NCBI GenBank assembly: GCA_017512465.1
Contig: JAFWGH010000025.1
Span: forward strand, 1 to 52,662
Reading direction: 5' to 3'
DNA: 52,662 nucleotides
Origin: Clostridia bacterium
Lineage (GTDB): Bacteria > Bacillota > Clostridia > Oscillospirales > Acutalibacteraceae
The translations under genes were made by a program, and so were the position numbers. Each line of letters opens with the position of its first letter. Position 1 is the stretch's first letter. Below the pieces are notes generated by a model. The model did no database searches. It was not told the DNA's origin and saw only the letters and a list, made by a program, of their open reading frames with translations. Of the stretch, positions 1 through 8,837 are shown one piece after another.

Positions 1-3000
1 TTCAGCTTTTCGGGAATTGTGATGCTGATTGTCTTGGCATCTTCATCCCATTGCGCGCTAAAGAGATTCGTCGCTTCCGCAGGAAGGGCACTGCCTTCAT
101 AATAGGGTTTATAATCCTCTGTCACATCCACGGGTTTCGTGTTCTTTTCAATCTTAAGAACAACATCCTCTTTAAGTGCATCCTTTACTTTTGTATTATC
201 CGGATCATTCTTCAAATCTTCAAGGGATTTATAGTAGTTACGGAAGAAATATTCTTCATCTACCGTGAATTTTGCGGTGGCATCGCCGGCGTAATAATGC
301 TTTTTATCAACAGTCCGCACACTATCCACATACTCGATTTGGGTGAATACCGGGTTTTTGGTATCCACAATCACGCCTCTAAAATCATCCTCTTGTGTAG
401 AAGAGCGACCGGAGTTATCTGTTGCGGAATAGGTGATTTGCCCCTCAAAGTCCGCTACGGTTTTCGGAACAGAAATCTCGTAATAATAGGAGCCGTCTGT
501 ATCCGGTGTAAGGCTCTCTACGGGCACGGTAACTGCCTCATCCTCACCGATTTGGTAAGTGATGGAAGCGATGTTGGAATGCTCATCCTGTGCTCTGAGC
601 GTAACCTCTGCCGGTGCGTCATAGAAGCCGAAGGTAATGATTTCCAGCACTCTGTATGCCAGTGCAGTGGAGTATTCCAGATTAAAAGTGGTCGGATTGA
701 CTTGGTCAATCTTTACCTCTTCTCTTTCAAGGACAGCCGAAATATAACCGGTTGCCTCTTCTTTAACGGCAAAGCTCGGCTTAGTGATACCGTTTTGCTC
801 ATATGTCAGCTTATCGCTGTTGTTAAAGGCATTCGGGTCAGTATTCTCATAGCAAAGAGTATAACCCTCTTTTGCTTGAATAGTAAGCGGCAGTTGATAC
901 CACTCGCCTTCCCCTTCATCCTCATCGGCATTTATATATTGATATGTAGAGTTATCATAGACAGGATAGGTAATACTCAAATCACCTTTTTGAATCGTGA
1001 TTTCATAGTTTTTGGTAACCTCGTTTTCGCCCTCAAAAATCTGGCAGGAAGCATCGAGCAAATCTTCATAATTGCCGACTTCCTTATTTTCACCAAAGAA
1101 GCTCACTTTTTCCGTGTGAGCAGGGTCTTCTACCAAACCGGAAATGGTGTAGCGGTCCTGATCTGTTTCATAATCATAGCCCTGTGCCGGGTGATTCTTT
1201 GCGGTATAGGTAGCATCTACATTCTTAACGCTTAAGGTTGCCGGGCGCTTTTCAATTGTCAGTTTTGCCTGCTGATAGGTAATATTATAATCATCAGTGA
1301 CATCTACATTTTCATCGCCTCTGAGAATAACTGCGTCCTTAACATTAACAAAGTGCTCACCCGCTTCGGTAGCTTCACCATCCGGCTGAATGGAAGTGAG
1401 TCTATCATCCTCGCAAAGAGATACAGTTGCATTTTCTGCAATAGTTGTATACGGCTTTGCGTTGTACGTAACGGTTCTCGCAGCGGTTTCAATGGTAACG
1501 TCTTTCCGGCTGATAACAGAGGTAACCTCGACTCTTCTGGCATCGCCGGAGGCATAGTTTTTATCTAAAACAACTATTACAGGATATGTTCCCGCGTGCA
1601 CAAACTGCGGGCAGCTGTCATAGCTTTCACCATTATATTCATAATGGTCTACCGGGTCCTTGCCGCCGTCAATCGTGGTGCTCACCTGAACCGCAGCATG
1701 CGGTTTGCTGTCATAATCCTCATTATAAGTATCAAATTTGACACTGCCGACATTTGCCGGATTCACAGCAGCACCTACGCATGTTTTAAATACATTATAA
1801 TTATTGTTTCTTGTAACCTTAACATATACATTAGTATTGTCATCCACCTCTTTAATGGTGGGCATTTGGTCAGTATATGTCTCATCATCGGTGGAGTACT
1901 CAGTGGTATCACCCGCAACGGTTCCCGTCACCGTAACGGCATCATGTGCCTTCGCATCATAATTCACAGTTGTTCCCGTTACGTTGATACCGGTAATATC
2001 AATCGGGTTTACCGTCAGCTTAGCGGAAAACTCCACGCTCTTATAGTTAACCTCATCCTCGGGTGTAAAAACAGCCGTGTATTCTGTAGACTGGCTGTCA
2101 TCCACCTCAGGTGCTATGGAAGTATCCTTCCACTCCGCTGTGCCGGGTACAGTTTTTTCACCGGCATGTCCGCTTACGCTTGTAAAGCTGCTGTCTTCCA
2201 AGGTTTGCTGATAGGAAATGGGTTCTACTGTATAATCCCCATCACCAATTACGGGAGTACCCTTTTCAACCGTAATATCATAAGAAATCTCTTCGGAAGA
2301 ATAATGATAATCGGTTTCAATTCTTGCCGTGATGGTTGCACTACCGACCTTGTGCGCGGTAATAACGCCGCTTGCATCCACGCTTACGGTTTCACTATCC
2401 GAAGAAGTATAGGTGACCTCACCGGTAGTATTGTTTTGGCTTGATGCTTGATTGCTCAGTGTTTCACCAACACCGATAGCACTCGGAGTCGCATCCGCAA
2501 ATGCGAAGGAATCATCATGTGTTGTTTGAACTCTGCCTTCGCCGTTGCAGAAATCACATGTCACTTCCTCTTTGCCGGTGCCGGCGCAATTCGTACAGGG
2601 GATCTTGGTTTTGCCGGTGCCGGAGCAGGTTTGACAGGTTTCGTCATGTGTTTTTTGACCGGAACCTTCGCATGCCGTGCACTGTGTTTCGATAGTTTTG
2701 TTTCCCAAGCAAGTCGGGCATGGGGAGCCATCTTTCTCACCGGTGCCGCCGCAATCGGTACAGTCTATCGTTACATTGCCGCTACCGGAGCACACATCGC
2801 AAGCTTCGGAAACCGTTTTGGTTCCTTTACCCTCACAATCAGAGCAGCTGGTATCAACCTCTTTGTTGCCATGACACACGGAGCAGTCTTGCTCTACGGT
2901 TTTATTACCGTGACATTCCGGGCAGGTTTCATACTCATTTTCCACATAACCGGTACCGTTGCAATTGCTGCATTCGATTTTGCCGCTACCGTTACAAACG

Positions 3001-3437
3001 GTGCAGTCAATCTCTACGTTGCCGTTGCCGGAGCAGGTTTGACAGGTTTCGTCATGTGTTTTTTGACCGGAACCTTCGCATGCCGTGCACTGTGTTTCGA
3101 TAACTTTGTTTCCCAAGCAAGTCGGGCATGGGGAGCCATCTTTCTCACCGGTGCCGCCGCAATCGGTACAGTCTATCGTTACATTGCCGCTGCCGGTACA
3201 CACATCGCAGGTTTCGGAAACCGTTTTGGTTCCTTTGCCCTCACAATCAGAGCAGGTGGCCTGCACCTTTCCGTTTTCACAATCGTGACAAGCTACAAAG
3301 CCGCTACCCAAGCAAATCGGGCACTGCTCTGTGACTGTCTGAGCCGACAATACCATGGAAAGCGGAAATGATGAGAGAAGCATCATTACCACCAGCACGA
3401 TTGCCAGCACTTTTTTGCTGATTTTTACCTTTTCCAT
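1..3437 (-). CDS. Large Sec-exported cell-surface/adhesin-like protein. The 5' end is complete and the C-terminus lies beyond the window. It has a signal peptide, 20 DnaJ-type CxxCxGxG zinc-knuckle motifs, a Big_2-like domain and MBG/YDG-type repeats.
   Basis: The gene is absent from the ORF track because its stop lies outside the window. Hand translation of the minus strand starts at the ATG at 3437, with GGAGGA 7 nt upstream. It gives MEKVKISKKVLAIVLVVMMLLSSFPLSMVLSAQ, then CPICLGSG, CSDCEGKG, CDVCTGSG, CTDCGGTG, CPTCLGNK, CTACEGSG and so on. A Big_2-like stretch follows (TYTSSDSETVSVDASGVITAHKVGSATITA), then repeats of the type TYNAKPYT...NYxITYQxGxLTI. I read the frame as open down to position 3 (...SAQWDEDAKTISITIPEKL). 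The three long + strand ORFs here are codon-aligned antisense shadows with junk-like composition. Confidence 0.8.
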   Translation of the reverse strand, partial: MEKVKISKKVLAIVLVVMMLLSSFPLSMVLSAQTVTEQCPICLGSGFVACHDCENGKVQATCSDCEGKGTKTVSETCDVCTGSGNVTIDCTDCGGTGEKDGSPCPTCLGNKVIETQCTACEGSGQKTHDETCQTCSGNGNVEIDCTVCNGSGKIECSNCNGTGYVENEYETCPECHGNKTVEQDCSVCHGNKEVDTSCSDCEGKGTKTVSEACDVCSGSGNVTIDCTDCGGTGEKDGSPCPTCLGNKTIETQCTACEGSGQKTHDETCQTCSGTGKTKIPCTNCAGTGKEEVTCDFCNGEGRVQTTHDDSFAFADATPSAIGVGETLSNQASSQNNTTGEVTYTSSDSETVSVDASGVITAHKVGSATITARIETDYHYSSEEISYDITVEKGTPVIGDGDYTVEPISYQQTLEDSSFTSVSGHAGEKTVPGTAEWKDTSIAPEVDDSQSTEYTAVFTPEDEVNYKSVEFSAKLTVNPIDITGINVTGTTVNYDAKAHDAVTVTGTVAGDTTEYSTDDETYTDQMPTIKEVDDNTNVYVKVTRNNNYNVFKTCVGAAVNPANVGSVKFDTYNEDYDSKPHAAVQVSTTIDGGKDPVDHYEYNGESYDSCPQFVHAGTYPVIVVLDKNYASGDARRVEVTSVISRKDVTIETAARTVTYNAKPYTTIAENATVSLCEDDRLTSIQPDGEATEAGEHFVNVKDAVILRGDENVDVTDDYNITYQQAKLTIEKRPATLSVKNVDATYTAKNHPAQGYDYETDQDRYTISGLVEDPAHTEKVSFFGENKEVGNYEDLLDASCQIFEGENEVTKNYEITIQKGDLSITYPVYDNSTYQYINADEDEGEGEWYQLPLTIQAKEGYTLCYENTDPNAFNNSDKLTYEQNGITKPSFAVKEEATGYISAVLEREEVKIDQVNPTTFNLEYSTALAYRVLEIITFGFYDAPAEVTLRAQDEHSNIASITYQIGEDEAVTVPVESLTPDTDGSYYYEISVPKTVADFEGQITYSATDNSGRSSTQEDDFRGVIVDTKNPVFTQIEYVDSVRTVDKKHYYAGDATAKFTVDEEYFFRNYYKSLEDLKNDPDNTKVKDALKEDVVLKIEKNTKPVDVTEDYKPYYEGSALPAEATNLFSAQWDEDAKTISITIPEKL
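2619..3259. repeat. Intragenic direct duplication: two copies of about 233 bp at 2619-2851 and 3027-3259, offset 408 bp, with few mismatches.
   Basis: Direct comparison of the two stretches. It is also visible as near-identical shadow ORFs offset by exactly 408 nt (2677-2874 vs 3085-3288, and the tails of 2501-2695 vs 2720-3103). 408 is a multiple of 3, so this is an in-frame duplication of a block of CxxCxGxG knuckles. Confidence 0.85.
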
Positions 3438-3440
3438 CCT

Positions 3441-3869
3441 TTATTCCTCCACATTTGAAGTAATATATTTATAATTTTTTCCATTTAATACACAATGCAT
3501 TTCCAATGAAAAAAAGAATAAAGCAATACTGATAAAGCCAATGAATAACTGACTTTTTAAAACTATAAACACGATAGAGGCAATACAACTGACTATCATC
3601 AGGCAATCAAACACAATTGCCGCTTTATTGCTGAAAAAACCGATAAGTCCGATTTTGCCTTCATCGAATCCTGCAGCCTTTCGCTGCTTTGAGAGTAGCA
3701 CACATAGGATAATGCCCGCTATCAAGCCGAGCCAAAATATTATCCCGATGATAATACTACCCGCTCTGCCGCCGCGCGTAATATCATTTGTTAAACCCGC
3801 AAATGCCAGTGCGAGCGCGGATGCTCCAAAGCATCCGATTTGTGCAATAAACAAACGCTTTTGCTTCAT
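3441..3869 (-). CDS. Small polytopic membrane protein (about 4 TM), function unknown.
   Basis: 142-aa ORF with four hydrophobic segments. Its stop lies 3 nt before the start of the surface-protein gene, so the two are probably co-transcribed. Confidence 0.6.
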   Translation of the reverse strand: MKQKRLFIAQIGCFGASALALAFAGLTNDITRGGRAGSIIIGIIFWLGLIAGIILCVLLSKQRKAAGFDEGKIGLIGFFSNKAAIVFDCLMIVSCIASIVFIVLKSQLFIGFISIALFFFSLEMHCVLNGKNYKYITSNVEE

Positions 3870-3880
3870 TGCGCACCTCC

Positions 3881-4456
3881 CTATAATATTACGTCTGAAT
3901 GGATTACCATTTCATTTTTGACCAGTTCAAAGGTGCCCACATGCGCTTCTTTCGCATACTCAACTTTTCTTGCTACATCTACTGCCGTATTTTTAGGAGC
4001 AGTGTCTTGCTGCGAGAGCAGCTGTGTACCATCATTTTCACCCATAGCCGGTGAGAGTACCTCGGTGCCCTCCCCTGCAGGTTCAATACCGATGGGAGCG
4101 GTCTCTGCCACAGCCGGAGCCGGTGCCGCCTGCACTTGTTGCACCGGCGGTTTCGACATTGAGTTGGGATTGAGATGCTTTGCTTCAGTGGACTTAGGCG
4201 CCGGTGTGAAGCCGAATTTGATGGAAGGGGTAACCTTCTGTTTCGCTTCCTGCTCACCCTGCTGCTTACGCATCTCACTGATGCCCTGCTGCTTTTTACG
4301 CCCGGTTAAATATGCATACACACTTTTGATATCAAACAGGAAAAAGAGTGCAATCCCTAAAACCAGGAAAATTGCCGCCAACGAATAACCGACAATGGAT
4401 ATAATTTTATATGCAGCGGTAGGGTCGGTTGCGGCTGCTAAAGTAATCAAATTCAT
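3881..4456 (-). CDS. Single-pass membrane protein with a low-complexity Q/A/P-rich region, function unknown.
   Basis: 191-aa ORF with an N-terminal TM (IISIVGYSLAAIFLVLGIALFFLF), then a charged, Pro/Ala-rich linker and a short conserved-looking C-terminus. AGGAG lies upstream. It starts 15 nt downstream of the kinase gene. Confidence 0.6.
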   Translation of the reverse strand: MNLITLAAATDPTAAYKIISIVGYSLAAIFLVLGIALFFLFDIKSVYAYLTGRKKQQGISEMRKQQGEQEAKQKVTPSIKFGFTPAPKSTEAKHLNPNSMSKPPVQQVQAAPAPAVAETAPIGIEPAGEGTEVLSPAMGENDGTQLLSQQDTAPKNTAVDVARKVEYAKEAHVGTFELVKNEMVIHSDVIL

Positions 4457-4471
4457 CTCTTTCTCCTTTCA

Positions 4472-6232
4472 TTAAGATTTTTCGCTTGCGGTTAAGTTTT
4501 CACGAATGGAATCGTTTTTAGCAATCAGCTCATTTTTCAGCTCCAGACGCGCTCCGTCAAGCTGTGTGAAGTTATTTAACTGCTCATAAACCTGATTCCA
4601 TTTGTTCAAAGCCTGTTCTTTGTTGCCGTTAGCGCCGGCAAACTTGTTCACTAAATCGCTATCCGTTAAGAAGTCTGAAAACACTTCAAAGACCTTCAGC
4701 TTCACGCCATCGTCTATTCCCTGATCGATAACGCTGTCAACCGCAGCTTCTAAATCTTGATATAAGGTGACGAAGTTGACTGAATCGCTATACACATCAG
4801 TGCCTTTGTTCGCATTGAATATTTCATTGTAGCCATCAATCATGCTCACCAGCTTTTGTGCGAGATCGTAATCAATTTCACTGTCGGATTTACCCTGATT
4901 ACTGCTGTTCAGGTCTTCTTGTTCAATTCCGTTATAAGCTCTAACCAACCAGGTTTTCGCAGTGTTAGACTGTAATAACGTGTTGCCATCGAAAAATTGC
5001 AACAGCTTGATGCCGATCTTGTAATTCATCACTACATATGCATTCGTATCTCTTTGAATGATATTGACAAATTTACTCTCATTGGATTCATCCGCTGTTC
5101 CCAAATAAGATTGGAAGCGATTTAATTCATCCGAGGTGATCTCTCTGTCTTTATCATTATCCACAAATGCCTGCAAATAATCGGCAAAGTAATTTGCCAG
5201 GTTTTGCGGATCATCATTCATATAGCCTTGAGAAAATGCCGCTTCATAGTCTACAATCGCATCCGCGCCGGTTTCCTCCGATGCTTTTTGAATGTACTTT
5301 TCATATAAAGATTTTGAGTTGGCATTTCCTAAAATCGTTCCGGTGAGACCTATGAGCAAAGATACAACCATCGCAATGGCGCACCCCAAAAAGACATTAA
5401 ATCTTTTCTTTTGCTGCACCCAATAGGTGCGGGTGTTTTCCTCCATGTTTTCCAGCGCATATTTCAGCTCTGCGCAGGATTGATAGCGGTCATTCGGGTC
5501 CTTTTGAATACATTTGAGAATAATCGCCTCCAACCCCGGTGAGAGTTGCGGGTCCCACTGCCTGATGGGATACATCTCATAAGGCGGTTCTGCCGGACTG
5601 TGCCCTGTTACAAGGTGATAAAGCGTTGCACCCAAGCAATAAATATCGGTTCGCGCATCGGTTTCGCCCTGACCGCCGAATTGCTCCGGCGCAGCATAGC
5701 CGATAGTACCCAAACAAGTGGTATCTTGAATATTGGTGCCTTTATATTCTCTGGCAGTACCGAAGTCAATCAGACAAACGCTGCCGTCCGGCTTGAGCAT
5801 CACATTGGAGGGCTTCATATCGCGGTAGATGATGGCGGGCTGCCTTGTATGCAAATAATCCAGCACATCACACAGCTGCTTTGCCCACTCCACAACCAAT
5901 TCCTCCGGTTGTGCGCCGCTCTCCTCAAGGCGTTTATTTAACGGCTTACCCTCTATGTAGTCCATGACAATGAGGAAGGAATCCTCTGTCTCGATAATAT
6001 CGACAATATCCGGCAAGTTGGGGTGGCTGAGTTTTTTGAGCATATCGGTCTCTGCGACCAGACTTTGCTTAACGACCTCAAAGTCCTTCACTCCATCGCG
6101 GCGCACCTCTTTAATCGCCCATTGCTTCATTGCTTTTCTGTTAATCGCAAGATACATAACGCTCATGCCGCCTTGACCGACTTTGGAGAGTATTTCGTAT
6201 TTGCCGTCAATCAGTGTTCCGTTTGCTAACAT
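4472..6232 (-). CDS. Membrane Hanks-type Ser/Thr protein kinase: cytoplasmic kinase domain, one TM, and an extracytoplasmic helical domain of about 280 aa. No PASTA repeats.
   Basis: Motifs seen: GQGGMSVMY (Gly loop), AIKEV (Lys), YRDMKPSN (catalytic loop), DFG, GTIGYAAPE, DIYCLG. The TM is FLGCAIAMVVSLLIGLTGTIL at about residue 290. Confidence 0.9.
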   Translation of the reverse strand: MLANGTLIDGKYEILSKVGQGGMSVMYLAINRKAMKQWAIKEVRRDGVKDFEVVKQSLVAETDMLKKLSHPNLPDIVDIIETEDSFLIVMDYIEGKPLNKRLEESGAQPEELVVEWAKQLCDVLDYLHTRQPAIIYRDMKPSNVMLKPDGSVCLIDFGTAREYKGTNIQDTTCLGTIGYAAPEQFGGQGETDARTDIYCLGATLYHLVTGHSPAEPPYEMYPIRQWDPQLSPGLEAIILKCIQKDPNDRYQSCAELKYALENMEENTRTYWVQQKKRFNVFLGCAIAMVVSLLIGLTGTILGNANSKSLYEKYIQKASEETGADAIVDYEAAFSQGYMNDDPQNLANYFADYLQAFVDNDKDREITSDELNRFQSYLGTADESNESKFVNIIQRDTNAYVVMNYKIGIKLLQFFDGNTLLQSNTAKTWLVRAYNGIEQEDLNSSNQGKSDSEIDYDLAQKLVSMIDGYNEIFNANKGTDVYSDSVNFVTLYQDLEAAVDSVIDQGIDDGVKLKVFEVFSDFLTDSDLVNKFAGANGNKEQALNKWNQVYEQLNNFTQLDGARLELKNELIAKNDSIRENLTASEKS

Positions 6233-6247
6233 ACTCCATCACCCCCC

Positions 6248-7018
6248 TTAAATCAGTTTTACCGTTAACACAGTAATGTTATCATTTTCCTTGCGCTGTT
6301 TGTTTAGCTCCACAATCGACTCTTCTACCTGCGCGATATCCTCTTCGCTTTGTAAATTAGCAGGAGAAAACGCCTTTTCCATCTCTTCAAAGGTGATTTC
6401 GTGACGGAAGCCGTCCGAACAGAGCATGAATACATCATCCTTATTGGCATTGCCCATAAAGAAATCCGGCTCAATAAACTGAGAAGCGCCCACACATTGC
6501 AGCAAAACACTTCTGCGCGGGTCTGTTTTTGCCTGCTCCACAGTCATATTGCCTCTTTTGATTTCTCTGTTCACAAAGGTTTGGTCCTCTGTAATCTGTG
6601 TAAGGCCGACAGCATTACACATATACGCCCTCGAATCGCCGACATTCATAATATAATAATTGCCTGCGTTAATGAGCAGTGTCACTACAGTGGTTCCCAT
6701 ATTGCTGCCCAAGGTTTTGGCATGGCTCATAATTTTGACATTTTGTTCAAAAATCAACTCGCTCCATTTTCTTTCCAGGATGTTGGAATCAAACCCGTTA
6801 TACATCATGGAAGGGAATTCTCTTTGGAACCAATCTTGAAAAGCGCGAATGAGCGTAGCGCTGGCGAGTTCACCATTGGAAAGGCCGCCCATACCATCGC
6901 ACAGCACGCAAAACATGACATTGTCATAATCGGTTTTGGCCTCCATCAACAGCGCTGCATCCTGATTGACCTTTTTTTTGATGCCAATATCTGTATAAAT
7001 ATGAGAAATATAATTCAT
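6248..7018 (-). CDS. PP2C-family Ser/Thr phosphatase.
   Basis: 256 aa with NQDA, VLCDGMGG, GTTVV, VGDSR and LCSDG motifs typical of PPM/PP2C. It ends 15 nt upstream of the kinase gene. Confidence 0.9.
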   Translation of the reverse strand: MNYISHIYTDIGIKKKVNQDAALLMEAKTDYDNVMFCVLCDGMGGLSNGELASATLIRAFQDWFQREFPSMMYNGFDSNILERKWSELIFEQNVKIMSHAKTLGSNMGTTVVTLLINAGNYYIMNVGDSRAYMCNAVGLTQITEDQTFVNREIKRGNMTVEQAKTDPRRSVLLQCVGASQFIEPDFFMGNANKDDVFMLCSDGFRHEITFEEMEKAFSPANLQSEEDIAQVEESIVELNKQRKENDNITVLTVKLI

Positions 7019-7201
7019 CTGTTTTCCTCTTAATCTCTAAATATTTAATATTATAAAAATAACGAAGCAAGTTAACAGGTAATTTTTGCCGCGCACAAGC
7101 AGCGAAACAAAAATTGCCCGTTAACACATATTTATTCCATCAGGAAAATCCGCTTTTAATCGCCGGTTTGCCCTCATTTTTTAAATAAACCCGCAATGCG
7201 C

Positions 7202-7223
7202 AGGCACAGAATTATCTGTGCCT
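7202..7223 (-). terminator. Hairpin downstream of the protease-FHA gene; possible weak terminator.
   Basis: aggcacaga-atta-tctgtgcct, a 9-bp stem just after the stop at 7239. The T-tract is not immediately adjacent, so this is only a tentative terminator. Confidence 0.4.
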
Positions 7224-7238
7224 ACGCTCAAGTATTAT

Positions 7239-8837
7239 TTAGATTTTAAACTCAAATCTTTCATCTGCAAGTTTAATCTTTGCACCGTTGGAAATTTGTG
7301 TTTCCACATTGGCAGGAATCATGGAATCATTGACATAAGTATGGTTGGTCGTTGAATTATCCACGATAAAGAACTGACCGTTTTTCGATACAATAGAAGC
7401 ATGGAAACGAGAGATTGCCGGGTTGCCGGTCACGCAGTAATCCACGCGGCTTGCATCCTTACCAAGCTTGAAATAGGGTTTGGTAATATTAATCTTCTCG
7501 TTATTGGAAAGTCTGAGCAAGTATGCAGTGGAACCTGCACCGCTCAAAACAGTTGTTGCATTCGGGTCGGAAGCATTAGCGCTGAGCACGGTTGTACCCT
7601 CACTGCCCGCAGGCGGTGTATTCGGAACAGAGGGAATCGCCCTTGACTGCGCTTGTGCAGCTGCACCTGCGGGAGCCTTCGCACTCTCACCGGCACCGGC
7701 ATTCTTTTTCTTGTTGAGAAGAATAATTACAACAACTACTATTGCAATAAGAGCAACAGCGCCGGCAATGATGCCGATAAGCGCACCTGTACTTAAACCG
7801 TTTGAAGCAGTTTCAGTGTCATTAGTCGTAGGTTGTGTAGTGGGAGCGGCTGTTGTGGATTCGCCGTCTTTCTTCTCAGATGTGGATGTGCCTGCCTTGG
7901 TGTACTGGATATTTAACATATCAAGTACTTCCATTACCTGGCTGATGGCACAGGAATTCGCAGCACCTTCAGCGCCGCTGCCGCCGCTGCAGATAGCAAC
8001 TGCATTACCGTTTTCATCCACAATCGGACCACCGGAATTACCGGCTTGAACACTGTAACCGGAGTGCATCAACCAGTCACCCTTTACTTGATATGTGGAG
8101 TAGAAGAATCCATCCTCACTGTTGTAAACAATACCTTGATTGGCCAAATAATTGATATTATTTGAATTGAGCAGGTTGTTTTGAACCATTAAGTAAGTAA
8201 ACAAATACATCGGAGCATATCTGGTGATTTCGCCATTGTATTGCGGCTTTGTAGCAGTAGCCTGTTCAAAAGAAACATCATCCGCCGTGTACAGTTTTTT
8301 ACTCTCTTTTTTGGCCGGGAAACCGACGCTGTATAAAGTATCTGCCGATTCAACAGTCTTACTGTCTCTGAGTTTTACCGGCTTTTTAGAGCCAATCGGT
8401 TGTGAAAGCTTTAATACGGCAAAGTCAGCATCATCACTATATGCTGTACCCAAAAGGGTTGCCGGAATTTCCACGTCGCCTCTAACGGAAACGGTGTAAG
8501 TCATGCGCTTATAGATTTCTTTTTCACTTACACGACCGAAGAAGTAGTGAACTGTAGGAATATCACTCGGGTTAATTCTAATACAGTGTGCCGCTGTCAA
8601 AACAGTGTCATCATTGATTAAAAAACACGTGCCTGAAGCCGACATCTCATAATCGCCCAAATCCAAGTGTGTATTAATCTTTAATACACCATTGGCGACA
8701 TCCTGTACCTCCTGTGACGCTGCAACAGCTGGCACTGCAATGGTGAAGACCATGCAGATGAGTGCAATCAACGCCGTAACGCATTGAATCACTCGATGAG
8801 TTTTGAATCTTTTCATCTTCTTTTCTCCTTTTTTCAA
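7239..8837 (-). CDS. Bitopic protein: signal peptide/TM, extracytoplasmic trypsin-like (S1) serine protease, TM, cytoplasmic FHA domain.
   Basis: Protease triad context: TAAHC (His), DADFAVLKL (Asp), GNSGGP (Ser). A T/S-rich linker follows, then the TM GALIGIIAGAVALIAIVVVVIILL and an A/G/P-rich linker. The C-terminal FHA has LGKD...SRFHA...TTNHTYVN. Its start overlaps the upstream stop (ATGA). Confidence 0.85.
   Translation of the reverse strand: MKKGEKKMKRFKTHRVIQCVTALIALICMVFTIAVPAVAASQEVQDVANGVLKINTHLDLGDYEMSASGTCFLINDDTVLTAAHCIRINPSDIPTVHYFFGRVSEKEIYKRMTYTVSVRGDVEIPATLLGTAYSDDADFAVLKLSQPIGSKKPVKLRDSKTVESADTLYSVGFPAKKESKKLYTADDVSFEQATATKPQYNGEITRYAPMYLFTYLMVQNNLLNSNNINYLANQGIVYNSEDGFFYSTYQVKGDWLMHSGYSVQAGNSGGPIVDENGNAVAICSGGSGAEGAANSCAISQVMEVLDMLNIQYTKAGTSTSEKKDGESTTAAPTTQPTTNDTETASNGLSTGALIGIIAGAVALIAIVVVVIILLNKKKNAGAGESAKAPAGAAAQAQSRAIPSVPNTPPAGSEGTTVLSANASDPNATTVLSGAGSTAYLLRLSNNEKINITKPYFKLGKDASRVDYCVTGNPAISRFHASIVSKNGQFFIVDNSTTNHTYVNDSMIPANVETQISNGAKIKLADERFEFKI

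Noticed and set aside
2619-3259. The 408-nt-offset duplication considered as a template/variable repeat pair of a diversity-generating retroelement or a phase-variation switch.
   Set aside because: No reverse transcriptase or invertase lies nearby. The two copies are in-frame tandem domain copies within one gene, and their differences are not adenine-specific. This is a simple domain duplication.
51-3371. Three long + strand ORFs (51-1235, 1596-2444, 2448-3371) plus several nested + strand ORFs.
   Set aside because: Their translations are Ile/Phe/Cys/Arg-rich junk. They are codon-aligned antisense frames of the convincing minus-strand surface-protein gene, which has a signal peptide, CxxCxGxG repeats and Ig-like repeats. 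These are shadow ORFs.
4472-7018. Interpreting the kinase/phosphatase pair as the housekeeping PrkC/PrpC (PASTA kinase) module.
   Set aside because: The extracellular domain has no PASTA repeats, and the conserved housekeeping neighbours (rsmB, rlmN, rsgA, rpe) are absent. It therefore looks like an accessory, locus-specific pair. An unrelated envelope-sensing role cannot be excluded.
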